A stretch of DNA of 61,848 nt, filler included. It is 10 parts of 10 records of this genome, joined end to end, with 100 filler letters (N's around TTAATTAATTAA, not from the genome) between each part and the next. Parts side by side here need not be neighbours in the genome. Positions count along the whole stretch, not along the records: positions 1 to 15,928 come from SRR7504441_3516; 9 more parts are not named here. One strand, 5' to 3'. The translations under genes were made by a program, and so were the position numbers. How positions within the stretch are numbered: position 1 is the stretch's first letter; each line of letters begins with the position of its first letter. Shown piece after piece: positions 1 through 12,281 of the stretch. The notes under the pieces are model-generated. The model was not told the DNA's origin, did no database searches, and saw only the letters and a list, made by a program, of their open reading frames with translations.

Positions 1-106
1 ATAAGCTAGGTCTTTATTCACGCATTAAAAAGGAATTCTTCTCTAATACAAACTGACTCGGCCGGGCAACCACTCAAGAGAGAGTAATGGCCAGGTGTGC
101 GGCCGC

Positions 107-1315
107 TCAGAATCCGGAACTACCGCGCAATAACGCTTCGGTGTCCCCCGGACACGAGACTGGGCTACACACCTGGTTATCACAGGCTGTTGAGCAGTTA
201 CTCGGCTCTGCCGGCGAGTTTAGGCTCCGGGCCACCACCATGAACTCCGGGAAATCGACCTCGCCGCTCCCATCCGTGTCAATCGATTCGAACACGGTGT
301 GCAGCGTCTGCTTGTCCACCGCTATCCCGAGCGTCCTGAGCGCCTTGGCCAGCTCCCTCGCGGAGAGTGCGCCATCCCCGCTGACATCAAACTTCTGGAA
401 GGCCACCTTGAGCCGCTCAAACTCCTCCAGACTGGTCAGCCCGCTCACGGTGCCCGAGGCGCACTCGTCGCTCCGCTGCTTGCTCCCGTCGGGCAGGGTC
501 ATGATCATCGACTGGTCCGGCGCGATCTGGATGTCCGTCCCGTCCGCAGCCACATAGTGCATGATCATCGTGTGCGGGTTCTTCTGTATCTTAACTATCT
601 TGGGCAGCCCCGGATGCCCAAACGGGTTGAATTCGACCCCGAGCGCCTCCGGCATCGTCTCGAGATACACCCCGTCCGGGTGCCGGGTGATCTGCCGCCC
701 TGTTGGATGCACCTCCGTCTCCACCCCGCCCGCGCTCCGCTGCATCGTGCGCCCGTTCGGCCAGGCGCACATCAGGTCGCCCGTTGCTGCCCGCTGGGCC
801 CGCCGGCCGTCCCAGAACACCGCGCAGTGGCTCCCGTCCACCAGCACGCTGTGTTGGCGGATCCCGTGCTCCGCGCCCTCCGGATAGCCGTAGTGTACAT
901 TCCCGTCGGGGTCGCGCTGCTCCATCGAGCCGCAGGCAAACGTCTTGATCTCAGCCCCGCTCAGCTCGTCGGTCCGCTGGTCCAGCAGCCCGAACAGTGG
1001 CATCGGTTTTGGTTGGTCCGGGATGCAGTCGGTGTAGCGCTTGCTCGCCTTGGGGATCACCAGCTTGATGCAGCCCGCCCCCGCCAGCGAGCCCGACGCC
1101 TTCAGCTCCAGCTGATCCGATCCCGCGTCGTCCTTGGCCGGCACCGGGGCCAGCTCCTCGGGCTTTGGGGGCGGGGGGGCGTCGCCGAGCTGCACCTGGT
1201 GCGCGGCCGCCAGCGCCTCGAGATCCGGCTTGCCCGCGCAGGCCTGGATCGCCTCGGGCGGCACCCCGGCCTTCTTGAGCGCCGCCTTGATCTTGATCAC
1301 CGACATGCCCGGCAT
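107..1315 (-). CDS. EF-hand pair protein with PxG beta-hairpin (TCP10-C/CENP-J G-box-like) repeats
   Basis: The coding part of ORF 107..2086 starts at ATG 1315 or 1306 (MPGMSVIKIK). Two canonical EF loops (DVSGDGALSARE, DTDGSGEVDFPE). Repeated ..PDG/..PNG/..PTG motifs. A terminal intron may alter the 3' end. Confidence 0.7.
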   Translation of the reverse strand: MPGMSVIKIKAALKKAGVPPEAIQACAGKPDLEALAAAHQVQLGDAPPPPKPEELAPVPAKDDAGSDQLELKASGSLAGAGCIKLVIPKASKRYTDCIPDQPKPMPLFGLLDQRTDELSGAEIKTFACGSMEQRDPDGNVHYGYPEGAEHGIRQHSVLVDGSHCAVFWDGRRAQRAATGDLMCAWPNGRTMQRSAGGVETEVHPTGRQITRHPDGVYLETMPEALGVEFNPFGHPGLPKIVKIQKNPHTMIMHYVAADGTDIQIAPDQSMIMTLPDGSKQRSDECASGTVSGLTSLEEFERLKVAFQKFDVSGDGALSARELAKALRTLGIAVDKQTLHTVFESIDTDGSGEVDFPEFMVVARSLNSPAEPSNCSTACDNQVCSPVSCPGDTEALLRGSSGF

Positions 1316-1477
1316 GCTCACAGCCCGGAGCCCGGAGCTGGGCCGCCGCTGGGTGCTCTGTGCCAGCAATCCGTGACGGAAGCAACGGCAAGAAAAACGG
1401 CAAGACCTCCTCTCGTGGACATCGACCCCCCTCCGACCCCGCCGCCCAGTCCTGGTCGGTTCCGGTCGGAGCTGGCG

Positions 1478-4400
1478 ATGGCGGCCGGACATCCAGCGGT
1501 GGCCCAACTGCACCCGGAGGACTGGCGGTCGGGCGAGGTGGTGCAGCTGCAGGGCCCGATCCAAAAGAAGGGCACCGGGCTGCTCGCCGGGTTCAGCCGT
1601 CGCCAGTTCGAGCTGTGCTGCTTCAGCGAGCTGCACAAGCGCCGTGTAGACGGCCAGCTGCCGCAGAGCGGGCCGCGGCTGTACTACTACACGCTGAAGC
1701 GGCGCGGGGACGGGGAGCAGATAGACAAGTACAAGGGGCTGATCCAGCTGCACGTGGGCAGCCACTGCGTACCGCAGCCCCAGACCGGCCAGTTCGAGAT
1801 ACAAGGGGCGCACGGCCAGTTTAGAGCCGACAACGAGGCCATCGAGCTCCGGTGCGAGACCGACCAGCTGCGCGACAGCTGGGTCCGCCAGATCAACCAG
1901 TCGGTCGGGCTGTACGGTCGGGCTGGCCGGGTGGCAACAGCTGAGCCCCGGGCAGAGAACGAGCTGGCGGCCCAGGAGAAAGCCCAGCGCGAGCGGACAG
2001 CCATCGCCCAGCTCACCGGGGCCAGCCGGCAGCCGAGCAACAGGAGCGAGCCAAGCGCGAGACCAGCGAGGCGGCGGCTCAACCAAAAGGAGCTCGAGAA
2101 GCAGCTGATGATTGGATACCAGGACGACCGGTGCGCTGGCCGGCCGGCAGGCTGGAGGCAGGCAGGTTCAACGGGAAGCACTACCCGGCCAAGGCCAAGA
2201 TCTGGATGGAGAAGCGCCGGGCGCAGGGCGAGCTGTGGACACCGTGCTACCTGGTGCTCGAGCATGGTACCAGCCGCGCGGCCGGTGTGGACCGGAGGGC
2301 AGGCATGCTCCGGTACTGGCTGACTGAGCAGGCGTACAAGCAGAGCCCCCGTCCGATCGGGCAGCTCAAGATATGTTCGGACGCCAAGATCACGGTGTGG
2401 GCCTGGGCTGGATCCAGCCAGCCGGTGCAGGAATCCAGTGAGCTTCATGTCAAGATCCTTCTGCCCCGGGCCGAGCCGATTGTCCAGAACGTTGGGCGCG
2501 GCCTGCTCCACCTCGGTCAGCCTGGTGCTGGCGCTGGCTGGAGGCTGGCTGGCAGGCGTGGGGCTGGTCTCTTCGATCTACAGGGCGGCCTCACTCAGCG
2601 ACAGGCTGCGTGAAGACCAATCCGAGCCGTCGGACCGACTGCTGCGAGAACTGGGCGGGCGGCAAGAGGGCGAGTACAACGAGCATGAGATGCGGATGGA
2701 CATAAGCGATGAAGCGTTCGAGCAGTGGCAGAAGCGGCACCCAGGCCGTTCGATGGACGAGTTCAAATACAGGAAGCGCGAGGACTTCAGCAAGTGGCTG
2801 TTCTTCCTCAATCAGACCCAGATTCAGGCCCGGCGCGAGGCAGCCCGCCTGGAGCCGCCGGGCTGACTGGTGTGCCAGATGCTTTATAACTTCATGGACG
2901 TGTGTGACGACCTCAACCTGGAGCTGGAGCACCATCTGGCCACCGTCGCGGTCCGGGCGCTCAACTACCACTGGTCCGCAGCTCACTAGCCGGCGCTGAC
3001 CGGCCACAGGATGGTCGAGCACCAAGGCGCCGCCACCCGCAAGTACAGGCTCAGGATGAAGCTGGACAGCTATGGTCACGAGCCCGACTTTGTGCGGTCA
3101 CTCCAGACTTCGGCTCAAATGGTCAGCTAGTGCCCAAAATGAGCTGATCGGGCGGCAGCTGGACCGGATTTGCGCCGACTACAGCGAATACTACCGGCAA
3201 GTGCACGAAGCGGCCGAGCTGCGCGAATACCTCGAGATGCTCTCTGAGACGCTGCTCAAGATGAAGACGGTGCCCCAGTGCCGAGCCAGGCTGAGCTGTG
3301 CTGCCAGTCTTCGCTGGTGGTAATCCGGCTGATGCACAAACTGGAAGTCATAACACACGGCCAGCGGCCCAGTGATTGCTCGGAGACAACACGCACAACG
3401 CAACGGACAATCTCAAGCTTGTCAGAAGGAGCCCCAGCCGAGGACGTTCTGGTTTCAGACGAGACTTTCTCCCGACAGTCCAGTCCCCAGTCCGGAACAG
3501 CCAGTCCAGTTGGACCGAATAAAAATCTGTTGAATGCTGACATCAGCCCGCAGGAGTCGATGCGGCTATGGTGCCTGCTCTCAATAGCTGAGTATGACGT
3601 GTGATTGTTGAAGGGCAAGTTTGTTCAAAAAGGCCCAGGTAACCGCGCAGCAAGTGGAGATGCAGATGAAGAGTGCTCCGCCGCCAGAGGAAGGGCTATT
3701 AGAGCTGGAGGAGGATGCTTCTTGGTCGGCAAAGATCAAGGCTTCGTGGAAAGGCCGAGACGAAAATTGGCGAGGTGCAAGCCTGCATGGCTGGTTTCTG
3801 TAACTGGGTTACAGATGCTCCTCCATTCATTCTGAAACAAGCGAAATACTACAAACACAGACTGATTGAATTCGACAAGGTGGCTGAAAGTGTGCTGCAG
3901 GATGCCCACATCTGGAGTGCCGCACTGGCCGAGCAGGACGAAGATGTGCGCCCGAACCCTAGCCCAAGCTGGCTAGAACTAGATCGCAGGCAGGCCCATA
4001 TGGCTTTGATCAGCTGTGCCTGCAGACTAAGACAATTATCAGCGACCAGCTTATAATCCAAGAATTAGAAAAATTGCTGATGATGCTCGAGAGCATGTAT
4101 GACACCGCAAATGCAGCCATAACCGAGACTGAACGCGAATCTCACCAGAATCGGCCAATTATGCCGCGTAAAGAGCAGCAGATCACAAGCAAGGCGGTGC
4201 AGTAGCAGTGTGGCTGCCTGGGATTTAGGCACTGTGCAGGAGAACAGAGAGGGACGATACGGCCAACTGAGAGAAGATGGGTCTCTTGCTTCTGTGAAGC
4301 GCCTGCTCACAGAGCCGCAAGGCGGTGAGGGAATCCGCGCACATGGAGCTGAATTGTTGCAGATAATCAAGCGTTTTGCTCACAAGAGCCTGGAAAGGCA

Positions 4401-7400
4401 GCTGAGAGCCTTGTTGAGGCAATTTTGGTGAGGTGTTTAGAATGGCTGGCAGTGAGCCTGTCGGGTAGGAGGACAACAGTCCACTTGTCAAAGCTATTGA
4501 TGATGTCTGCAGAGACACTCGGGCAACTCCAGTGTACAGGCACAAAGAAACAATTCGGTTCTTCCAGACTAGCTGGCGATACTTGGTCGAGCATGATGCT
4601 GAGGAGAAGGATCAAGAGCAGAGTGCAGCTGATCACGATCATGTCACCGCTTGTAAGATCTTGATTTCAGTGTACCACAACCCCGAGAAATTAGGCATAC
4701 GGAGCCACACCTTAGATAAGACGCATAGATTGATGATACACTGCAATCAATGGGGGTGCAATACACCGGTGGCCGACACTCTGAATTCGCTTGGCCGCAA
4801 GTGGCACGAAGAGTATAACGAGCTCCGCGAATTGGCTGTTTCAGGCGGCAAGTGTCTTTATTGCCTTGCACTACAAATGGCGCGAGGAGTACTCAAAGCT
4901 GGTTTCTCTGCTGTCCATATACTAATGGCGCGCACGTACGATGCTGCTGTGCAGCAGCTGGTGAAAGAGAGCGGCCAGGATCCGGAGGACTTTCTCAGGA
5001 TGATTGGAGACTCCAATCTGACTAATCTGGTCAAGGATTGGGACTCTGTCTTTGAGAAAGAGCTGCGTGGAATTTCAGAATCAGAGAAGGGACAACAAGA
5101 AAAAGCAGAGAGATTTGGCGATCTGATCACTAGCATCCTGGAGGGACCAAATAACCCTTTCCCGTTCTATCGGAAATCGACTGATAGAACAATAGTGTAT
5201 CTTGAGCTAGATAGCCGCGCCCAACCGGGAGATCGGATGCAGAGCCGGACGGGCCGAGTGGGCACCATTGTCGACATACATGATGATGGCAGCTGTGATG
5301 TTGAGTATATCGACGGCGAAACTGATTCGCATGTGCCGCCATCGAATGTTTTAGTTGAAAAGTATGAGCGACAGTGGGAATGGGACAGTCAAGCCCGTCA
5401 AGCTGGTCTTGATCAGCGCTTTGAGTGGGTTGCTAAATGGAAGGAAGCAATGAGGAGGGAAAGCCACAATAAAACTGCAATCCGTGACAGAATGGAGGAC
5501 TTTCAGCGGCTGCTGCGCAGCAACTACAGTAATGAGTCACTCTCCGATGTCTTCGACAAATTAGACTTGCCATTCGCAGGCAGGCAAAGCCGTGACGCAA
5601 TTAATACATTTTACAACAGCCTTGAAGAGCTGACCCGGATCTCTAACGAAATCATAGCGGAGGAGTTCGACGAGAAGAAAAAACTTGACGAGAGAGCTCA
5701 TGATCTGCGCCACAAGGAGATCTTTGAGCGTATCGAAGATTACAGCAGCATGCTGCGATACTTCCTGGGGTGGGTCGAAGGCGAAGATGGGTTTTCTACC
5801 ACCAAGTTTGCCGTGCCTGCAGTCAAGGGGCAGTCTGCGAAACGATACCGGGATTTTCGAGATGGATGCATGCAACATGTCAGCAAGTATCTGGCAGAAG
5901 ATGCAGAGGGCGGAACCGTTGATGCTGAGCATAAGTTTACATGTACTTTAAATCTACTACAGATGAGAATCTTGGGGCTCCTGGATGTAGAGTTCCGGGA
6001 CTTTATTGATGAAGATGTCGTCTTCGAAGACATTGCGGAGACTATCGGATATATACTCAAGGTGCAACCTTCCGTGCCGCATCGCCTAAGCCATGTGTCA
6101 GGGATATCCAGGACCTGATGACCCAAGCATCGCCGATGCAGCTAAGCAGCTGAGGACATTAAACACCTATATTCCACCGGACCAACAGGTAGTATTCTAT
6201 TCCGTGTTGAGTGATAACCTTCGTGGATAGGTTGAACTTCTCGACTCAGGGAACACAAGTGCCAATGGCACCGTAGCAAACAAGCGGGTGTTCGAGCAGA
6301 GGAAGAAACGGGCGCTGGAGTGTCAAGCGCTCGATAAATGGATATCAGAAGTGGACCACAAATGCTCAGATGGTCGCTTGGTCCTCGAATTTTATCAAGA
6401 GGCTTTAGAATTGCATAGAAACAGCACTGGGTTGGCTGATGTCTACAAAGTACTGCAGAATCTGCTTTTGCTCGCATGGCAATACATGTCCATTCGTTTT
6501 GCGAACAAGTCTCTGATTGGTTCTTATGCTCAGAATTGGGTCAAAGAGCATGCCCTGACCCATAGTATCATGAACACACAGTGCGCTTCGAAGCCAAGTC
6601 TCGATGAATTCCGCGAACAGCTTCGAGACAACTTTTCCAGTGGAGATGGCGACAATAATCCGCAGAGCCTCAGCGAGAAGAACCTCGCTGAACAGTTTGA
6701 GCAAACATATGTCGGGCGATATGGCGAATCACTGCGCAAATTTCGAAGCCTCCGACTCGACAATCTGCTTGTATATGCCCTGGTGAGATCGTAGACAATC
6801 ATGCCGCTGACTGTGCTCTGGCAGATGTACATATATGCATATGATATCTATGCGGAGCTCGTTCGAATCAACGAGCTCCAGAACATGATGTTGGTTCCAG
6901 AGCTGTATACTGAATCGAGACCTCAGCTCTGTGATTTGCGAAAGCAGTTGCATCCCAAGTGGCATCATCTCGAAAATGTCCTCTTGCGATTGTTCATCAA
7001 TACAACAAGACAGCTGGTTTCAATGGAATGGAGCACGTTTTGCCAGGCAAAGAAATTTTACAACAAATGGCTTAAAAAAAGGTTCCAGTTCTGTAAAAAC
7101 TACAAGGTCGAGTCGGGCTACAGCCCACAGGATTTGCTCGAGCGCATCTACAAGGATATAGCCGAGGCAATGGATATGGAGAGCTATTCCAAAGAGAACC
7201 AGCCCACGATCACAGAGCGAGGAGATAATTACAAGCGACAGATGATATGGCTTGAATACCTCATGTCTGAGGTGCACTCCCTTGTGACTCAAGACAGTGT
7301 GTGGCTAGAGTTTGCTCGTTACGGCCTTGATGACTACCATAGAATCACAGTTGAAGACGTGATTACGCCTGCTGTCGAGCACGAGCATAGTCTGCTCGCG

Positions 7401-9608
7401 TCTGAGATTCTATTTAATACCTTGCTCGACATTGAAGGCTGTTCTTGCCAGACATTACAGCGCCAGGCGATTGCTGTCGCAAGGAATTATTTTGAAGTTT
7501 GGTGGGACACTGGTAACCCTGATTCATGGCACCCCAATTTGAAAGATGCAGTCACGCTGGCCAGTCGGGGGTTTGGTGTGCAAGCTGAGGGCATCGGAGT
7601 GGCAGATCCGCTTGAAGCACTTGAAGATGAAGGCGAAGCCGAGAGATATCTAAATGGGCTCGACGAGGCTGAAGTTCGACGATACCTGGTCAAGATGCAG
7701 AAAACCTGGGTTCAGGTGGCTTTCTTCTTTTGGTTTGAAGACACAGGCGAGCTAGTGTTCCAGCGTGCATCATCATTCCGCGACGCGCCACGGCATAATC
7801 GCCGATTTGATCAAATGGTCCGATCCCTAAAGTGGCTCTGCAGAGGCTCTAGTCAGCCTTGGCACATCGCATGCAGCATGAGTGAGAAGACTAAGGATGG
7901 GCATACATTTGTCCAGTGCGCCCAAGATGTGTTTCCTGCTTCCGTGATTGGGTCCCACGATGGGGACGTGTCTGCGTTTGTCAAGCTGCTGATGCTAGAG
8001 AAGCTGGCCTTTGAAGACAATAATTTGCTGGAGAACGATGCTGCAGCTGAAGATTCGCGATCACAGGAACAGCCCTTGATCACTCCATGGGGGCTTCACC
8101 CAATACCTGGTCGGGAGGGCTACAAGGATATCGAAGATGAAGACTTGGGACCAAAGATCCCAGTGGACGCATGGCTAGCAGACGCAATCAACCTGGCTCG
8201 CTCGGAATGCGGATTGCCTGAGGATGAGGAACTTGGTCTTGAGGCAAACGCAGCAACTATGCGGCATACAATGAGTAGGATGGGCAAGGTGTTTTGCAGC
8301 CAGATGATCAAATGGTTCATACAACAGCCAGACAGTACGTGGTATCTACCTATGAACTTTGCATGGCGACCAAAGAGGAAAGCGTTGCTGTATGGCGACC
8401 TAAAGCAGTGGGATCCGCATGAGGATGATCATGGCGATCGTGGTGTACTAGCAATCCCACACCCCGATATCTCATACCAAGAATACGATTGGTGGTCAAA
8501 GAAAACTGGCAGAGATGTCTATGTTCTCAATAGACACTCGTTTGAGTATGACAAGCTAAAGAATGTCACCGACGAGGCAGCCGCTTACGTCAAGGCCTGG
8601 GCTATGAAGCAGGAGCACGTGGGCCGGGACCATGGCGTGTGGATTCCAGCAGTCATTTTATACGAGGTCGAAAATCGGGGCCGCGTCACGCCTCATTTTC
8701 AGCGCTACATAAAAGAGCACGCTGCGTGGGCGTACCCAGCAGTTGCGTTTCTACAGGACTCGATATTTGCTTTGGAGTCTGACGAAGATTCTTTGAAAGA
8801 CCTGGGCCTGATCAAGGATCAGGTCCAAGGTCTGCTCGACATGGCTCGTGAGAAGGGAGCAAAGTGTCTTTCTTCGCTGTTTGATACAACAAATGTAGTC
8901 AATAAGATGTGCAACTTCCTCCACAAGTTCTTCGTTAAAGGCCAGAAAGTCTACCTCTTCAAGAGTAGCAAATTCCATGCAAGTATTGTCGAAATCCTAC
9001 CAGACGGACTAGCCAAGCTGGGAGAGCTGTCAGAGGCGCTCAAAGACAGGAGGGTAAAATACTCAAAAGATGCCGACGAGGATGCCGCATTTGAATTTGA
9101 GAAGCTGAGCAATCTGCAGCCGTTTTATACAGAGACGACTGGAAGCAACCTCGAGAAGGTCAAGCAGTACGATCTGCAGCACGAGGAGCTCGACAGGTAT
9201 CGACACCTCTTCACCCCTCTCAAAGACAATCTGGAACTTTTTAGGGATCAACTCATCAAGGAACTGCAAAAGGCGTTTGGTAACTACCAAAAGGACCAGC
9301 TTGCCTTGCCTGCGTTTGGCCAAAGCATTGCCTTCGGAAAATTGATTGTTGATGCCAAGGTGGGAAGCCACTCCGGCAACGCAATGGCTTCGGCTTTTAA
9401 ACCGACAATTGACTACTCGCACAACAAGCCCTGCCCGGCCTGCATTCGTGCATGGCATGGCAATTTAGGCCCAGTCCAGTGCCCAGGCCACCAACCATGG
9501 TTATGTCACAAGCTTGATGAAGGCATTGTGTGGGCAGAGAAGCGGTTCAAAATCGAGTCATCTTTTGCATTTGAGAGTGACGATGATGATGATTTCTTAA
9601 ACTACTGA
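1478..9608 (+). CDS. Very large multi-exon protein: two N-terminal PH domains, long helical body, SH3/Tudor-like insert
   Basis: PH1 QGPIQKKG..FSRRQFEL..LRDSWVRQIN and PH2 IWMEKR..WTPCYLVL. Consecutive ORFs are joined by short introns (e.g. 2131-2165, 2395-2430, 2516-2555). GDRMQSRTGRVGTIVDIHDDGSCDVEYIDGE is a Tudor/SH3-like segment. The terminal exon ends at TGA 9608. Some internal junctions are uncertain. Confidence 0.7.
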
Positions 9609-9758
9609 TACCCGATATAAATCAGAGAATAAGTTTAAAAAGTAGCTTGAGCAGCATGGCTAGAAATACAGTGTTTAACTATCTAAGGGTCCACGAGTAA
9701 CGCCTAGTAACGCCCAGAACTTACGGTTGCGCACAACCACATAATAACTAATTGCACA

Positions 9759-10872
9759 TCAATCTTCAGCATTGCCAGGTGACTGGTCATAGCACCAGAT
9801 ATCTTTCGTGCTAGTGTATCTTTCAGCTAGCGCCCTGCCGGACGTAGTGGGTGCAGAGAATGCCAACTCGGACTTTGCCAGTGTGCAACCGAAGATTAGA
9901 GATGTGCTGACCACACTGTGAGCTTTGCAAGCCTGAGCTCGTGCTCACCGGAGTGCGTCGAGCAGGCGTGAGGCAACCTGCTTCCGCCGGTGCTTCCAGT
10001 GCACCCATATCAGCTGCACGCCTGCCGCCCTCGATGTGAGCGCGTGCCCTCAGCTGCAGGACCTGGAGCACGGTGGCGCCAGCTCTCCGGCTGAGCGCGC
10101 TGCACTATCTCAGGGCACCCCACGTCGATCTGCCAGGCCTCCACCGCAGGCTGTGCCACCACCATGCCAGCGACCACGTCCCCCTCGATGTACAGATAGA
10201 CCTGTCCGCCGGGCTAGGTGATGAGCAGCTGAGCAGCCCACCCTGTGCTCGTCTTGGAGCGCAGCCAAGCTAAGCGCAAACTCGCCTAGATCCTGGGCGG
10301 CCAACTCGAGCACTTGGCGTACCTTGTGCTGCCAGCTGGCCGGGTCCGTGCTGCAGACCGACAGCACCCGGTCGGCCGCATGCCGCTTGTGCACCCGCTC
10401 GTTGATCCAGCCCTGCCCCACCGGTGCGCCCCCTACCCCCCGAAGCACACCTTGAAACTAATACTGGAGGTGACGGCCTTGTGGAAAGCCCGGTGCAGCG
10501 CATCGTCCGCTGTGCCGTGGGCGTAAACCATCCCTGGCCAGCGCTCCGGCCCCGCCTGGCTGGCCCGGCACCGCACTCGGGGCAGGTGCGCGACCCGATC
10601 TCCTTTTGGCCGAAGTCCAGGAAGGTCTGCTCATACCGACAGCGCTTGAGCTCCGGGGAAGGTGGCTTGGGCGGATTGCGCTCGGCCGGGTCACGAGGGG
10701 CGTGCCGCCGCTTGCCGGGACTGCCCGCCCATTCGGCCGCGGGCCAGGGTCAGAGGCACCCGCGGCGGGCATACACCACCGTCGCCGGTAGGGCGGGCTG
10801 GCGGGCCGCGAGTTGCTGCCGGCCCGGCCGCTCCTGCGGCGTACCCACGACCTGGAACAGCGTGCGCTGCAT
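9759..10872 (-). CDS. ECO1: Cohesin acetyltransferase Eco1/ESCO
   Basis: The spliced translation gives QTFLDFGQKEIGSRTCPECGMVYAHGTADDALHRAFH (C2H2 finger), GWINERV, GVQLIWVH..HRRKQVASRLLD and LAFSAPTTSGRALAERY. Several ~38-42 nt introns (e.g. 10534-10571). Confidence 0.9.
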
Positions 10873-10950
10873 CTCTCCTCGGCGCTGAGTTGATTCAAAA
10901 TACAACGGACGTTTGAGTTCGGCGCGGCAAAAAGCCCTTGGGGAGTCTGC

Positions 10951-12123
10951 ATGCTGGCAATGATGAACGCTGGGCTCCTCGCGATGATGGGAGTGGGAGC
11001 GGCCAGCGCAGGGATGACGATGCCCAATGTGCCATCGGCCATCGGCACGGCGGCGCCCAATGTGCAGTTCAGCGCGGCCAACGAGACGATTCTCTTTGAG
11101 CACACTGTCGCCGACCCGCGGGCCCGGCACGGGGTGCTGACCCACCTATGGAGCACGGCGTGCGGCGGCCGGCCGGTGGACTACAGGGCGCAGGGCGGGG
11201 TGGCGATCTACCGGTTCTACCTCGACGGCCGCCTAGCGGTAGAGAGCTCCATGCGGGAGCTGGCCATGGTGCACTGGGACCCCGGCTCGCCAGGCGCGGC
11301 GGCGGTCCCGTGGGGCACTCCGCTGTTTGGGCAGACGTCCGACGAGGACGCCTTCTTCGTCAACCTGCCGTTGCCGTTCGCGCGGTCGGTTAAGGTAACT
11401 GCCCAGCTGCCGGCCGGGATGGCGCCGTTCAACGTGTATAGCATCATCCGCGGATCCGAGTTGCCGCTGTCGGTGCCGAGCGTGACTCTGGGAGGGGTGC
11501 CGATGCCGGTGGGGAGCACCGTGGAGCTGCATCGGTTTGAGCACCAGAGCATGCCACACTTGGAGTTTATTCCGCTCGTGAATCTAACTGCGGGCAGTGG
11601 GGCCATTTACGCGTCAGGCCTGGCTCTGTCGTCCAAGGCCGCCGGGTCCAACAGCCTGCACTTTCTAGAGGGCTGCTTTCACCTGATCACGCCGTTCAAG
11701 CCTCTCTCAGCTGGCTTCCCGGGGCTCGTGCTCTCGACGGGCATGGAGGACTTTTACGATTCAAGCTTCTACTTCCATGCAGGCCAATTCCAGCTCCCAA
11801 ACGCCGGACTCACACACATGTGCGTCGCCAATCATTCCAACGTCTTCTCCAAACCAGCACCGGTGTGCACTCCAGACCCGGCAGTCAGCAAGTTCTCGGC
11901 TTACCGGGTGCATGCTGACGGGCCGTTGTGGTTTGATGGCGGTGCCCAACTGCTTGCTCGAAACGGAGGTGTATCTGGCGGCACACCATGGGGCGCTGGT
12001 AAGTGTTACAACCTGCACCCGTCGGTTGAGGATGGCGAGTATCCCACTACTTCCGTTTCTGCGTGGAGCTGGGTTTATAAGACGCCTGAAGAGGTCCCGT
12101 CCAGCCTTCAGAAGCCACAATGA
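10951..12123 (+). CDS. Secreted DUF2961 (GH172-like) domain protein
   Basis: Intronless 390-aa ORF with a hydrophobic N-terminus. Motifs LTHLW, RFYLDG, LPLPFARSVKVT, FLEGC, STGMEDFYDSSFYF, SAYRVHADGPLWF. Confidence 0.7.
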   Translation: MLAMMNAGLLAMMGVGAASAGMTMPNVPSAIGTAAPNVQFSAANETILFEHTVADPRARHGVLTHLWSTACGGRPVDYRAQGGVAIYRFYLDGRLAVESSMRELAMVHWDPGSPGAAAVPWGTPLFGQTSDEDAFFVNLPLPFARSVKVTAQLPAGMAPFNVYSIIRGSELPLSVPSVTLGGVPMPVGSTVELHRFEHQSMPHLEFIPLVNLTAGSGAIYASGLALSSKAAGSNSLHFLEGCFHLITPFKPLSAGFPGLVLSTGMEDFYDSSFYFHAGQFQLPNAGLTHMCVANHSNVFSKPAPVCTPDPAVSKFSAYRVHADGPLWFDGGAQLLARNGGVSGGTPWGAGKCYNLHPSVEDGEYPTTSVSAWSWVYKTPEEVPSSLQKPQ

Positions 12124-12281
12124 TAACTATCAGATTGATTGATTGCCGGGCTGTGGGAGTTCAGAGCAAGTAATGCTTGATCTGCGCACGCAATACGTAC
12201 TTCAATACTGGTACCGGTACTCTACAACGGGATGTGATTAATCAATTACGGTACCGTATAATTATGATTTACAATCTATTA

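Noticed and set aside
299-2086. Long overlapping antisense ORFs (also 23415..24932, 41525..42997 and most of 12337..14121)
   Set aside because: These are shadow frames of GC-rich coding sequence; motif content and ATG positions support non-overlapping divergent genes.
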